Translations under genes and position numbers: made by a program
The notes under the pieces: generated by a model
Database searches by the model: none
Told to the model about the DNA's origin: nothing
What the model saw: only the letters and a program-made list of their open reading frames with translations
Virus record (IMG/VR): IMGVR_UViG_3300025151_000033
Location: 1-63,787 of that record
DNA length: 63,787 nt
DNA from: a virus
Lineage: Duplodnaviria; Caudoviricetes
Strand: one strand, 5' to 3'
Shown here: in pieces, positions 18,126 through 28,153 of the stretch
How positions within the stretch are numbered: the first letter of the stretch is position 1
Layout of the letters: every line of letters starts with the position of its first letter

Positions 18126-18688
18126 ATATATTTGTTTTAAGCGACTGTCCGAAAGTTAGTGCTGAAATGATGTGTGATAAGCACATAGTCAAGATGGCAA
18201 CTGAAAGTATGCAAATGATTTCAACTATAATGGATTTATACGGTATTAGTTCACCAATGAAACCTGTAATGTTGAATCACCCTTGCACTATTTGGGCAAG
18301 AATGAGTAGTTCTAACTTTAATTGGTTAATTGACCATACTCATGCTATATGCAAAGAATACTCTTATCGTTATGATGGTAAGGTTCATAAGGTTGAACAG
18401 TATCTCAATGATTACCGAGAATCAATTGATGAAACAAGTCAATTAATAAAATTAGACAAAGGAGTTGAATTAACTGAATTTGCACAGGCTATGCCTGATA
18501 AATACAAAGTTAAAGATGATGCAGTAAAAGCATATAGAAATTATTATCTTGGTGATAAATGGGAGTTTGCTCAATGGAAGAAGGGAGAACCTAATTGGTA
18601 TCCTAAAAATCACTTTATGATAAAGAAACAAGAAGTCATTGATGAATTTAATAAAAGATTCAATGCAAAAGTAAAAGGAGATTATTAA
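18122..18688 (+). CDS. pyrimidine-dimer DNA glycosylase / endonuclease V-like protein
   Basis: MNIFVL...DKHIVKM..E..Q, HPCTIW, EY.YRY.GKVH, AYRNYY motifs. Confidence 0.75.
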   Translation: MNIFVLSDCPKVSAEMMCDKHIVKMATESMQMISTIMDLYGISSPMKPVMLNHPCTIWARMSSSNFNWLIDHTHAICKEYSYRYDGKVHKVEQYLNDYRESIDETSQLIKLDKGVELTEFAQAMPDKYKVKDDAVKAYRNYYLGDKWEFAQWKKGEPNWYPKNHFMIKKQEVIDEFNKRFNAKVKGDY

Positions 18689-18689
18689 A

Positions 18690-18959
18690 ATGGAAAATAA
18701 AATTGATTTAAGTAAAGGAAAGCCTCACTCAATAGAGGCAAGTTATAGTCATTATTTGTATTTCCCACTTGATGATTTAGATATTGATTGGAATGAAGTC
18801 AAGAATATCTGGGTTAAGTGGGGAATTGCTTATATTGAAATGAATGATGGTGAAACTCATAATATTGAAGGACACGAAACAGAAATGGATTATAAGTGGG
18901 CAATAGAAACAAAAATGTTTAATAAAGAATACGATGTAATTTGGGAGGAAATAGAATGA
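18690..18959 (+). CDS. hypothetical protein
   Basis: 89 aa, in operon. Confidence 0.65.
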   Translation: MENKIDLSKGKPHSIEASYSHYLYFPLDDLDIDWNEVKNIWVKWGIAYIEMNDGETHNIEGHETEMDYKWAIETKMFNKEYDVIWEEIE

Positions 18960-19210
18960 AGATGTTAGAAGAGAAAATTGTAAAGAAACCGAGAAAGGAT
19001 TGGGTATGTGAAAGTTGTGGTAAAACGCTTCCAAAGGGAGAACCACTACTTCAAGAAAAGTATGTGCATGAAGGTAAAATGCTGACTTATCGTTATTGTA
19101 TGAATAAGTCATGTAATCCACCTAATGATGTGCGTTATCGCCTAATTATTGGAACTGCTACTGTTGTAGTATTGTTTACTCTTTGGGGTGTTTTGACTTA
19201 TGCAATATGA
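18956..19210 (+). CDS. Zn-finger protein with C-terminal TM helix
   Basis: CESC...YRYC..C; hydrophobic C-terminus. Confidence 0.6.
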   Translation: MKMLEEKIVKKPRKDWVCESCGKTLPKGEPLLQEKYVHEGKMLTYRYCMNKSCNPPNDVRYRLIIGTATVVVLFTLWGVLTYAI

Positions 19211-19451
19211 GATTAGTGAAAATAAGATTGTTGAATTTAGATTGATTGACGATGATGAATTGCCTCCAATTGTAATTACTGTTGGAGAAAATGATGAACC
19301 TAAAGTCATTATAAATAACAAGTTTAAGATTTGGTTGAGCCTTAATCGTAAGATTATTGGCGGAGTTGCCGAAGCATTATACGGTAAAATAGATGAAATT
19401 CTTAATGCTCATCTTAGTGAGCAAAGAATGTATGAGCGAATGGAAGATTAA
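19200..19451 (+). CDS. hypothetical protein
   Basis: 83 aa, in operon. Confidence 0.65.
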   Translation: MQYEISENKIVEFRLIDDDELPPIVITVGENDEPKVIINNKFKIWLSLNRKIIGGVAEALYGKIDEILNAHLSEQRMYERMED

Positions 19452-19453
19452 TT

Positions 19454-19801
19454 ATGTTGAGTTGGTTTAAGGATTTATTTAAGTTCTTTTTCATTCACAT
19501 AATTATCTTTCCGAGAGCATTCAAAGAATACCGAAGAATTAATTGGGTTAGTAAACAAATTAAGGAAAAAGGAAAGGTTGAAATGTTCCTTTCCGAATGG
19601 GAATCTTTGATTGAAGAAGAAGAAAAGAAAATGGAATTAATTGCTTTCATTATATGGAGTCATTCTTTGTGTATTGATAGTGATGGAAAAGAAGATGTAA
19701 GAAAAGAAGAATCATGGAGAGTTATAGTTGATTATTTTAATCAATATAACTTGAAAACATGGTTTAAAGATGAAGAATTAGTAAGGTGGTTAGATGTTTG
19801 A
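19454..19801 (+). CDS. hypothetical protein
   Basis: 115 aa, in operon. Confidence 0.6.
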   Translation: MLSWFKDLFKFFFIHIIIFPRAFKEYRRINWVSKQIKEKGKVEMFLSEWESLIEEEEKKMELIAFIIWSHSLCIDSDGKEDVRKEESWRVIVDYFNQYNLKTWFKDEELVRWLDV

Positions 19802-20957
19802 ATATGAAGAATACTTGACAAAGAGAAAATTAGGAAATGGTCGTTGGGATAAAGTGCTAAAAAAGAATTTAGTTGAATTATCTGTGGCTGATAATTATGA
19901 AGATGCTAAATATGAATGGATTGTTACAGGAAATGTTTGGTATATTCCTACAAATGATGATGCTACTTTGGTATTACCAGAAATTCATCATACTCACCCT
20001 CATAAGTGCTTATGTGGACATAAAATTGTTTGGCACTTTGAGATTGAGAATACTGAAAACGGACTAAAAGAAATTGTAGGTTCAGAACATATTGAATCTT
20101 ACATGATTATTCGTGAATTGGAGAAGCAAGGTATCAAAGCCGAGTTTATTACCGAGAAGATGATTGAAGATTGGATTAATGAAAAGGTTAAATCTTTGAA
20201 GGCTCAATGGTGGTGGGATTTACACGGTGAACAATTTGAAAAGATGTTTGATGCAGTAAAAGAATACGACTTGAGAGTTAATGTTCGTAATAAAGGCTAT
20301 GAATATGATAGTGAAATTAGGCGAAGAGTTCCCAAAAATGTAATTAAAAAGACAGCAACGGGTTCTTTTGGAGAACCTAACTATAAAATGGCTTCAATTG
20401 TTTGGCGTTGGAATCACCCTGATAATGCAAAGGCTCAAATTAATACGAGAGGTTATCCAAATGAAAGACTTTGGAACGATATTCAGTATTTCTTTGTATT
20501 GTTAGAGTCGCATAAAGTTAAGATTCGTGAAGCCGATGCAAAAAGAGCAGAATTAATTGCCGAAATTGCTGAACAAGATAGAGTCCGAGCAGAAAAATTG
20601 GCTGAAAGACAAGCCAAAATTGAAGTTGCTCAAGAAATAACCGATGATGTTTCTTCAAATGACTTTGCATCTATGTGTGATTACTATAATATTGTTCAAT
20701 TTGATGAGACAATGGGAAGTAATGATTGGGAAAATAGTTTCCTAAGAGATATGAAGGATAGAATGAACAAAGGAAAAGACTTGACAACTAAACAATTGAA
20801 TGTTTTGAGGCGTATTTTGACGGGTGGCGAAAGAATGGCTACTCAAAAGCAAATTAGATATGCAGTATTCTTAGGATATGACGGACAAACGGATAATTTA
20901 AGTGCAAGTGAAGCAAGTAAGATTATTGACCGTCTAATTAGAGAAAGAGATGATTAA
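19794..20957 (+). CDS. hypothetical protein with putative metal-binding motif
   Basis: 387 aa; CLCGH...GSEH; C-terminal ATQKQ...ASKIIDRL. Confidence 0.75.
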   Translation: MFEYEEYLTKRKLGNGRWDKVLKKNLVELSVADNYEDAKYEWIVTGNVWYIPTNDDATLVLPEIHHTHPHKCLCGHKIVWHFEIENTENGLKEIVGSEHIESYMIIRELEKQGIKAEFITEKMIEDWINEKVKSLKAQWWWDLHGEQFEKMFDAVKEYDLRVNVRNKGYEYDSEIRRRVPKNVIKKTATGSFGEPNYKMASIVWRWNHPDNAKAQINTRGYPNERLWNDIQYFFVLLESHKVKIREADAKRAELIAEIAEQDRVRAEKLAERQAKIEVAQEITDDVSSNDFASMCDYYNIVQFDETMGSNDWENSFLRDMKDRMNKGKDLTTKQLNVLRRILTGGERMATQKQIRYAVFLGYDGQTDNLSASEASKIIDRLIRERDD

Positions 20958-21053
20958 GATGTTAGGAGATATAGTTAAAATTATTCTGATATTAATTGGC
21001 TTTTCTGTAATTGGTCCATTAGTTTTATTCTTTTCAGATTGGGAGGAATAATA

Positions 21054-21311
21054 ATGGATGAAGAATTAGATAGAGAATTAACTGAACTTTTTGGTGCATT
21101 ATCACCAGAAGAATGTAAAGTAGTTGATAAGTTATTGAAGGCTTATCATCAAAAGAATAATGAGATTTTAGTGCTTGGTTCAAAGATAACGGATTTAGCA
21201 AATAAAATCACAGAAATTGATAGTCTTATCAGCCATTATGAAAAAACAATTAATGTTCTTACAGGACGGCTGATTGACCTTGCGGGTAGTTTATATACTG
21301 TCGGCAAATAG
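21054..21311 (+). CDS. coiled-coil hypothetical protein
   Basis: MDEELDREL..., GGAGG SD. Confidence 0.6.
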   Translation: MDEELDRELTELFGALSPEECKVVDKLLKAYHQKNNEILVLGSKITDLANKITEIDSLISHYEKTINVLTGRLIDLAGSLYTVGK

Positions 21312-21374
21312 GATTTATGTTGAGGCAACCTATTCAAAAATGCCCCGATGAGAAAATTGAGAGGATTGAGAAAA

Positions 21375-21578
21375 ATGAAATTGAGAATTATGAATGAAAC
21401 AGGACATACTGAACTTATTGTTAGCGCAAGTGAGGTTATTGACCAAATTAATGAACACCCTACACATTGGGTATTTATTGACGGTGCATTAACATCAAGA
21501 GAAAACATTACTGCCGTTAATTGGGATAATGTTGAAAGTGTTGATTTGAGTCCTGCCATCGTAGGCGGGAATGTTTGA
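21375..21578 (+). CDS. ubiquitin-like (ThiS/MoaD/SAMP-type beta-grasp) protein with GG plus a 2-residue extension
   Basis: 67 aa; VFIDG core; ends VDLSPAIVGG-NV, matching the ThiS/MoaD/SAMP 'P(A/P)V.GG' tail. Confidence 0.7.
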   Translation: MKLRIMNETGHTELIVSASEVIDQINEHPTHWVFIDGALTSRENITAVNWDNVESVDLSPAIVGGNV

Positions 21579-21590
21579 ATATAGCCTTAA

Positions 21591-21650
21591 TAAAACCCAT
21601 AGGGGGATAGTAGGTATTTATACTTATTATCCTCCTATAACGGGGGTTTT
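21591..21650 (+). terminator. long hairpin, putative terminator
   Basis: AAAACCC-ATAGGGGGATAG...TTATCCTCCTAT-AACGGGGGTTTT. Confidence 0.5.
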
Positions 21651-21653
21651 AAT

Positions 21654-22043
21654 ATGAAGGCAGATTTAAACAACTTCTTGAACCCTGAAGCGTTTAAGAC
21701 GATAATGACTACGCAACTTGATTGGTTTTTAGGCGAGTTTAAAGTAATTAATGGTTTAGCAATAGTTAAGCCTGACTTTTATGATAATAACTTTGTTTTA
21801 GCCACATCAAAAAAAGCGGTTATTGTTTGTAAAGGCGTTTCACAGTTTAAGATAAACGGAACGGAATATAATTCTGTTCAACAGGCAATAGATACTTTAG
21901 GTTCTTCTTGCCTCCAATCATTTGAAGATTGGGAATGGACTCAAGAAAAAGAATGGGTCATTATGAAAAGTGATAATGGAGAATGGGTGAAAACCTGTTG
22001 TGTATTATCAGATTTTCCGTTTAGAAAACAAGTGAAGTGTTAA
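21654..22043 (+). CDS. hypothetical protein
   Basis: 129-aa ORF. Confidence 0.65.
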   Translation: MKADLNNFLNPEAFKTIMTTQLDWFLGEFKVINGLAIVKPDFYDNNFVLATSKKAVIVCKGVSQFKINGTEYNSVQQAIDTLGSSCLQSFEDWEWTQEKEWVIMKSDNGEWVKTCCVLSDFPFRKQVKC

Positions 22044-22045
22044 AA

Positions 22046-23902
22046 ATGAATGTAGCGAGTGAAATTTTAAGTGATATTACAGTATTTACTAAGTATGCGA
22101 GATACTTACCTGAATTGATGAGAAGAGAAACATGGGAAGAGATTTGTGAGCGTAATAAACAAATGCACATTAAATCATATCCTATGCTTAAAGATGAAAT
22201 CAATGAGGTTTATGAAAACTATGTGAAAACAAAGAAGGTATTGCCTTCTATGCGTTCCATGCAATTTGCAGGGAAGCCAATTGAAATTGCACCTAATAGA
22301 GTTTATAATTGTGCATTTATGCCTGTAAACTCTTTAGACAGTTTTAGTGAGGCTATGTTCCTATTATTGGGTGGGACGGGTGTAGGTTATTCAGTTCAAT
22401 ATCATCATATTGATGAATTACCTAATATTAGAAAGCCAAGTGATAGGACAAGACGACATTTAATTGCAGATTCAATTGAAGGTTGGGCTGATTCAGTTAA
22501 GGTTCTTTTAGAATCTTATACAGGAATTAGAAGTTCAACTCCTGTATTTGATTATTCAGATATTAGAGAGAAAGGAGAAATATTAGTTACTTCTGGTGGA
22601 AAAGCACCTGGACCAAATCCATTAAGAGAATGTTTAGTTAAAATTGAAACTATTTTGTCTGAAAAAGATAATGATAGTAAATTATCAACAATTGAAGCAC
22701 ATGATATTATGTGTCATATTGCTGATGCAGTTTTAGCAGGTGGAATTAGAAGGGCTGCTTTAATTTGTTTATTTTCAGCAGATGATAATGAAATGATTGC
22801 TTGTAAATCAGGTAATTGGTGGGAAAATAACCCACAAAGAGGAAGGGCTAATAATTCAGCAGTATTATTGAGAAGCAGAATTACTAAATCTTTCTTTAGA
22901 GATTTATGGAAAAGAATTGAATTAAGTGGTAGTGGAGAACCTGGAATTTATCTTTCACATGATAAAGATTGGGGAACAAATCCATGTTGTGAAATTGCAT
23001 TAAGACCATATCAATTCTGTAATTTGACAGAAATTAATGCAAGTAATGTTCTAAACCAAAATGATTTGGAAAATAGAGCAATTGCCGCAAGTTTTATTGG
23101 AACTTTGCAAGCAGGATATACTGACTTTCATTATTTGAGAGAAGTTTGGCAAAAGACAACTGAAAAAGATGCTTTACTTGGAGTTTCAATGACAGGTATT
23201 GCTTCTAATGCAGTTGAAAATTTAGATATTGAAAGTGCTTCAATTAAGGCTAAATTAGAGAATGAAAGAGTAGCGAAAATTATAGGCATAAATTCTGCCG
23301 CAAGAGTTACCTGTATTAAACCTGCTGGAACAACATCTTTAGTTTTAGGCACTTCAAGCGGTATTCACGCTTGGCATGATTATTACTATATTAGGAGAAT
23401 GAGATTAGGTAAGAATGAAGCAATTTATAATTATCTATCTCTTAATCACCCTGAATTGGTTGAAGATGAGTATTTCAACCCAACTACTCAAGCAGTAGTT
23501 CAAATACCTCAAATTGCACCTAAGAATGCAATAATCAGAACAGAATCTTGTTTTGATTTGTTGGAAAGAATTAAGAGATATTCTATCCGTTGGGTGTCAA
23601 GAGGACATAATACAGGAATGAATAGTCATAATGTTTCAGCAACCGTTTCAATTAAAGAAGATGAATGGGATGCAGTTGGTGAATGGATGTGGATGAATAG
23701 ACATTATTATAATGGTTTATCTGTTTTACCTTATGATGGTGGAACATATATTCAAGCACCTTTTGAAACTATTACAAGAGAAAAGTATATTGAGTTATTA
23801 GATAGCCTCAAATCTGTGGATTTAACTAATATTGTTGAAACACAAGATAATACTGACCTTACAGGTGAATTAGCCTGTGCAGGGGGTCAATGTGAAATTT
23901 GA
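22046..23902 (+). CDS. nrdJ: class II (B12-dependent) ribonucleotide reductase
   Basis: VYNC, GGIRRAALI, GEPG, TNPCCEI, KPAGT, C-terminal CAGGQC; no beta subunit nearby. Confidence 0.9.
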   Translation: MNVASEILSDITVFTKYARYLPELMRRETWEEICERNKQMHIKSYPMLKDEINEVYENYVKTKKVLPSMRSMQFAGKPIEIAPNRVYNCAFMPVNSLDSFSEAMFLLLGGTGVGYSVQYHHIDELPNIRKPSDRTRRHLIADSIEGWADSVKVLLESYTGIRSSTPVFDYSDIREKGEILVTSGGKAPGPNPLRECLVKIETILSEKDNDSKLSTIEAHDIMCHIADAVLAGGIRRAALICLFSADDNEMIACKSGNWWENNPQRGRANNSAVLLRSRITKSFFRDLWKRIELSGSGEPGIYLSHDKDWGTNPCCEIALRPYQFCNLTEINASNVLNQNDLENRAIAASFIGTLQAGYTDFHYLREVWQKTTEKDALLGVSMTGIASNAVENLDIESASIKAKLENERVAKIIGINSAARVTCIKPAGTTSLVLGTSSGIHAWHDYYYIRRMRLGKNEAIYNYLSLNHPELVEDEYFNPTTQAVVQIPQIAPKNAIIRTESCFDLLERIKRYSIRWVSRGHNTGMNSHNVSATVSIKEDEWDAVGEWMWMNRHYYNGLSVLPYDGGTYIQAPFETITREKYIELLDSLKSVDLTNIVETQDNTDLTGELACAGGQCEI

Positions 23903-23911
23903 GGGGGTATT

Positions 23912-24199
23912 ATGTTATTTAAGGACTTCCGAGAATGTAGGTTGGTAGTTCTTGAATGGGAAACATATTTTGATGATAAGGCTTGGAATAATATTTACAA
24001 AGCAATATTAAACGCAGATATGTCTAACATACCCGATAAAAATAAAATATGGTCTGTTTCTAATGCAATTATTGATGGTTTATGGAATAATTCAGAAGCC
24101 GAAGAAATTGGATATAGAGAATGGATAAGTAAACAACGACAACAAACATTAGATATGTTTGAATATTATAAAAACAATCCAGAAGAGGAATTAAAATGA
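23912..24199 (+). CDS. hypothetical protein
   Basis: 95 aa, in operon. Confidence 0.6.
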   Translation: MLFKDFRECRLVVLEWETYFDDKAWNNIYKAILNADMSNIPDKNKIWSVSNAIIDGLWNNSEAEEIGYREWISKQRQQTLDMFEYYKNNPEEELK

Positions 24200-24543
24200 A
24201 TGAATTAGAGAAGAAAGGAGATGCTTTACCAGATTGGATTGCTTTACATTTTAGTAGCACAGATATTGTTAATGCTATCAAAAGGAAAACTGACCCTAAT
24301 TGGGGAGGAAAAGGTAGTGGAGAAAGTGTTAAAGCACCTACAATTGGTAAACAAAAGTATAGTTGGCATGAATTAAAGAAAACGCCAAGAGGAATATTAG
24401 CAGTTTTAGCATGGGAATATGGAGTTAGAAAGTCTGACTTTAGAGATGCTACAACTAATGAATTAGTTTTTGAAGATGGTAAAAGTATTATCAAGAGAGA
24501 ATCAAAACTACTTCAAATCTTCACCGTTAGTGAAGAAGAATAA
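24196..24543 (+). CDS. hypothetical protein
   Basis: 115 aa, ATGA-coupled. Confidence 0.65.
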   Translation: MNELEKKGDALPDWIALHFSSTDIVNAIKRKTDPNWGGKGSGESVKAPTIGKQKYSWHELKKTPRGILAVLAWEYGVRKSDFRDATTNELVFEDGKSIIKRESKLLQIFTVSEEE

Positions 24544-24779
24544 AGTTTATAGGCTTGTTAGGCAGGTCTATATTGTTAAGTAAGACGATAAGGAGGTTAT
24601 TTTATGACGGAATATGACCCTGAATATGAGGAAAGTAAATTTAGTTATAATAGAAAAATAGCAACAAGATGCCGTATTTGCGGTGGTCAATTATTAACTA
24701 TTGAAGAAATGGAAATGGAAATGCACGAACAATGCCGTAAAGATTTTGACGGTGGCGTAGTAATAATGGGGTGAATTAT

Positions 24780-25985
24780 ATGATTAGAGATTTAATTATT
24801 CAAGGTGCATCAGATGATACATCAAGATTTTATAGAACATCTATTGAAATCTGTAATATGAATGATGTAAGAAGAGAAGTTAGAATTAACCCTGCTATGT
24901 TTAGAAGTGGACATGAACCCACTATTGATGCTATTGATAACTTTATTCAAACTTTGTTAGGTTTAAACCGAAGAAGGAGAAGAGGTTATTCAATACCAAA
25001 AGAGTTTCAACACATTATTAAAATTGGTGAAAGTGGTTTTGTAATAATGTTTCATAAAAAAGGCATTAGATATTTTTTGAATGGACTTAGTTCTTCAAAA
25101 GATATTTTGATGAGAGCATTATCAAGAACTATCTATAAATCATGTTTTACAAATGAAGGTGCTGAATTAGATAAGTATTTGTATAAGAATATTCAAATGC
25201 CTGAAAATGTATCTTATGCTTTAGAGAATCGTGCGCCTTTTCATTGGTATAGAGAAGGAAAGAAAATTGAATGCAGGTTTAGAGTATCAATGATTGATGA
25301 TGATGAATGCGCTATGGAAATTTCAGATGGAATTTGGTGTCCTATCAAAGTCAAGGATTTGAATATTTACATGGAGTATTATTGGAAAGGAAACAAAAGA
25401 GGTTCATGGAAACATTTATCACCTACAAGACTTTGGAAAAAATTGTTGGGAGATTACCCAACTGATTCTCAAGAAAAGTTGATGCTTGCTTTCTTAGAAC
25501 AAAACAGAACCCAATCTATTGTTGAAGCAAGAGCAAGAGAGTTAATGAAAGAATTATCCGAATTACATAGTGAAAAGATTAAAATTATCAAACATACCAA
25601 AGAAGATAATACTCAAAATACTTATATGTTTGTAAGAGGACAAATAGGAGATTGGGTTATTACTGATGATAGATACAAAACTGAAATTCAAATGGTTTCA
25701 ACTTATCTATTCAATAAGGGAGAAGATAAAGACAGTCTATTTAGAACCAAGTTTGGTGATGGATATATTAGTAATGCTATTTGTATTGATAATATGACAA
25801 GACATTCTTCTATTGGCGACCAATTCTGTGCAAGAGCATTAGCATTAATGAACGATACAATTACTATTCAATTAGTTAATACTATCAAAAGATACATTAC
25901 ACAAGGACATACAGAAGGTCAAGAAGATAATAGACTTGACTTTACTAAACTTGAAGAATATGTAAAGGAATTTGAGAAAAGGTGA
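24780..25985 (+). CDS. hypothetical protein with C-terminal ICID...GDQ..A.ALAL.ND motif
   Basis: ~401 aa, GGGGTGA SD. Confidence 0.75.
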   Translation: MIRDLIIQGASDDTSRFYRTSIEICNMNDVRREVRINPAMFRSGHEPTIDAIDNFIQTLLGLNRRRRRGYSIPKEFQHIIKIGESGFVIMFHKKGIRYFLNGLSSSKDILMRALSRTIYKSCFTNEGAELDKYLYKNIQMPENVSYALENRAPFHWYREGKKIECRFRVSMIDDDECAMEISDGIWCPIKVKDLNIYMEYYWKGNKRGSWKHLSPTRLWKKLLGDYPTDSQEKLMLAFLEQNRTQSIVEARARELMKELSELHSEKIKIIKHTKEDNTQNTYMFVRGQIGDWVITDDRYKTEIQMVSTYLFNKGEDKDSLFRTKFGDGYISNAICIDNMTRHSSIGDQFCARALALMNDTITIQLVNTIKRYITQGHTEGQEDNRLDFTKLEEYVKEFEKR

Positions 25986-25989
25986 TTAG

Positions 25990-26886
25990 ATGGATAACTG
26001 TTTAGACTGTGGAAATAATGACTATAACTATGACGAAAGATTAGGCGAGTTTGCTTGTAATTTATGTGGATTAGTTGCAGTATCAGATATTGTTGAAGAA
26101 ACTTCAACAGGTTTTACAAAGAACGGTGAAGTAATTAGAAGTGCCGATAAAGGACACTTAGGTTCTTTTATTGGAAAAGAAAGAGGAAAAGGATTTGCTA
26201 AATTGAGAAACACACATACTCGTAGTGTTAATTCTCAAGAAAGAGCATTAAAGATAGGTATTACTCATTGTAATATGGCTTTATCAGAATTAACTGATGG
26301 TCATTTTACAGATGAATTGAAAGAAACAGTTGCGTCTTATTACCGAAGAGTTATTTCCGCACATTTATTGCGTGGAGATTCTTATGAAGTAAGAGCATCA
26401 GCAATTGTATATTATGCCATGAAAGAGTTTGGATTTTCTATTACTCTTAATGAATGTGCAGTTAAAACAAGTGTAATGGTTAAACCATTGTTTAAGGCAG
26501 TTAGAAAGATTGCGACATTTATGAGAAAGCCTCATTTGCTTTCAACAAGAAATGCTCAAACTGATATGGAAAAGTATGCAAAGAGAATTAGTGAAGAAAG
26601 AGAGTTTATTAAAGACTGTTCAACAATTGGTGCTTATTTAGAGCGTCTATATGATAGTATGAATAAACCAATCACTACAACATTCTTTGCAGTAGTTTTG
26701 TATATAACTGCTGAATTGAGGAAAGAAAGAATAACGCAAAACACAATAGCGAAGTCTATGGATATAACTACTGTTACCATTAGAAGCAATTTAAATCAAA
26801 TTCTTAAAGAGTTAGGAATGCCGAATAGACATTTATTGGCTATGCTAACTGTTGAAGATTTTGTAAGTGGCGTTAGATATGATTAA
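25990..26886 (+). CDS. tfb: transcription initiation factor IIB (TFB) homolog
   Basis: N-terminal CLDC...GEFACNLCGLV Zn ribbon, cyclin repeats (LLRG...ASAIVYYA), C-terminal HTH ITQNTIAKSMDITTVTIR. Confidence 0.85.
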   Translation: MDNCLDCGNNDYNYDERLGEFACNLCGLVAVSDIVEETSTGFTKNGEVIRSADKGHLGSFIGKERGKGFAKLRNTHTRSVNSQERALKIGITHCNMALSELTDGHFTDELKETVASYYRRVISAHLLRGDSYEVRASAIVYYAMKEFGFSITLNECAVKTSVMVKPLFKAVRKIATFMRKPHLLSTRNAQTDMEKYAKRISEEREFIKDCSTIGAYLERLYDSMNKPITTTFFAVVLYITAELRKERITQNTIAKSMDITTVTIRSNLNQILKELGMPNRHLLAMLTVEDFVSGVRYD

Positions 26887-26903
26887 GAAAAGGAGGAAAA
26901 TAA

Positions 26904-27458
26904 ATGAAAAAGATATTAGTAATAGGTGCAGGTGGAATTGGGAGTTATTTAATTCCGATTCTATCAAGAGCAGGAATTTATAAAATACAAGTAAATGATG
27001 ATGATATAGTGGAAAGTAAAAATTTACTCTATCAAAACTTTAAAGAAGAAGATATTGGAGAAAACAAAGCATTAATTATGGAGAATCAATATACTAATGT
27101 TGATTCAAGACCATATAAAGTTTTAACTGAAAAACAATTGAAGGGTTTTGATTTAGTTATCTGTTGTGCAGATAATTTAGATGTAAGACGACTATTATAT
27201 CGTAGTGAAACAGAATGGTTAGATTTGCGTTCTCAAGGAAGAAACGCAGTATTAATTTCTTCGGAGATTGATAAACAAAAAATGGATACTGTTTTAGTTG
27301 GACCAGAAGGTAGTTTTTCTTGTCAAGGAGATTCATGGACAGGAAAGGCTAAAGATGTTCATTATACTCATATTGCAGTTGCAGGAATGGGCGCACAATG
27401 GACACAAAGAAAAATGAATCAAGAAGAAGTGAAAGACTTCATAATTATAAATATTTAA
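26904..27458 (+). CDS. ThiF/MoeB/E1-like adenylating enzyme
   Basis: VIGAGGIGS, DDDIVESKNL.YQ, NKA, DLVICCADNLDVR. Confidence 0.88.
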   Translation: MKKILVIGAGGIGSYLIPILSRAGIYKIQVNDDDIVESKNLLYQNFKEEDIGENKALIMENQYTNVDSRPYKVLTEKQLKGFDLVICCADNLDVRRLLYRSETEWLDLRSQGRNAVLISSEIDKQKMDTVLVGPEGSFSCQGDSWTGKAKDVHYTHIAVAGMGAQWTQRKMNQEEVKDFIIINI

Positions 27459-27472
27459 AGAGAGTGAATAAA

Positions 27473-28153
27473 ATGGCATGGAATGAGAAAGAAGAAGGAC
27501 TATTGTTGGTTTTGTATGATGAGGGATTAACTCACACAGAAATGGCTGATGTATTGAATAGCACATTTGGAACATACAAGACTCATAAATCTATTGAAAG
27601 GAAGTTATCACGACTAAGAGATAAATACAATCTTCCTACAAAGAAAGAAGTAAAGGAATCAAAGACGGTTTCTTCCCCTCCTGTTGAAGAGAAAATGGAG
27701 GTTAAAACTGAAATCCGTCAAATTGAAAAGGAGAAGGTTGATATACCCCCGACTCAAAAAACCAATGTAAAATCAAAGAAGGTGAAGAAAGTGCAAAATA
27801 CCACAAAGAGGCGTTCAAGAAAGAATTGGACTGTTGCTGAAGATATGATTCTAATTGCTCATTATGGGCGAACAACTGATGAAGATTTGTCTAATGAACT
27901 TGGAAGGACTCTTAGCAGTATGCAGTATCGTTATCGTAAGATTACTGCGGATAAGGCTTATGTTGGCAATTTAGTTATTGCAGGTCTTGAGAACTCCAAT
28001 TTGAATCTAAAGTATAGAGATGGAGAAGTTGTTGCAGTTAAGAAGCCTTCAAGGTTTAAACTTTGGAGATTGAAGCGTATGGAGAAAAAGGCGTTAAAGG
28101 CTCAAGTAAAGGCTACAAAACTTCAAAACAAAGTCAAGGGGATGAAAGAATGA
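27473..28153 (+). CDS. DNA-binding protein with two Myb/GcrA-like HTH repeats
   Basis: WNEKEE...KSIERKLSRL and WTVAEDMIL...ELGRTLSSMQYR. Confidence 0.6.
   Translation: MAWNEKEEGLLLVLYDEGLTHTEMADVLNSTFGTYKTHKSIERKLSRLRDKYNLPTKKEVKESKTVSSPPVEEKMEVKTEIRQIEKEKVDIPPTQKTNVKSKKVKKVQNTTKRRSRKNWTVAEDMILIAHYGRTTDEDLSNELGRTLSSMQYRYRKITADKAYVGNLVIAGLENSNLNLKYRDGEVVAVKKPSRFKLWRLKRMEKKALKAQVKATKLQNKVKGMKE

Noticed and set aside
26904-27458. ThiF/MoeB for thiamine or molybdopterin synthesis
   Set aside because: No ThiG, MoaE, rhodanese or desulfurase genes in the window; not fully excluded if host partners are used
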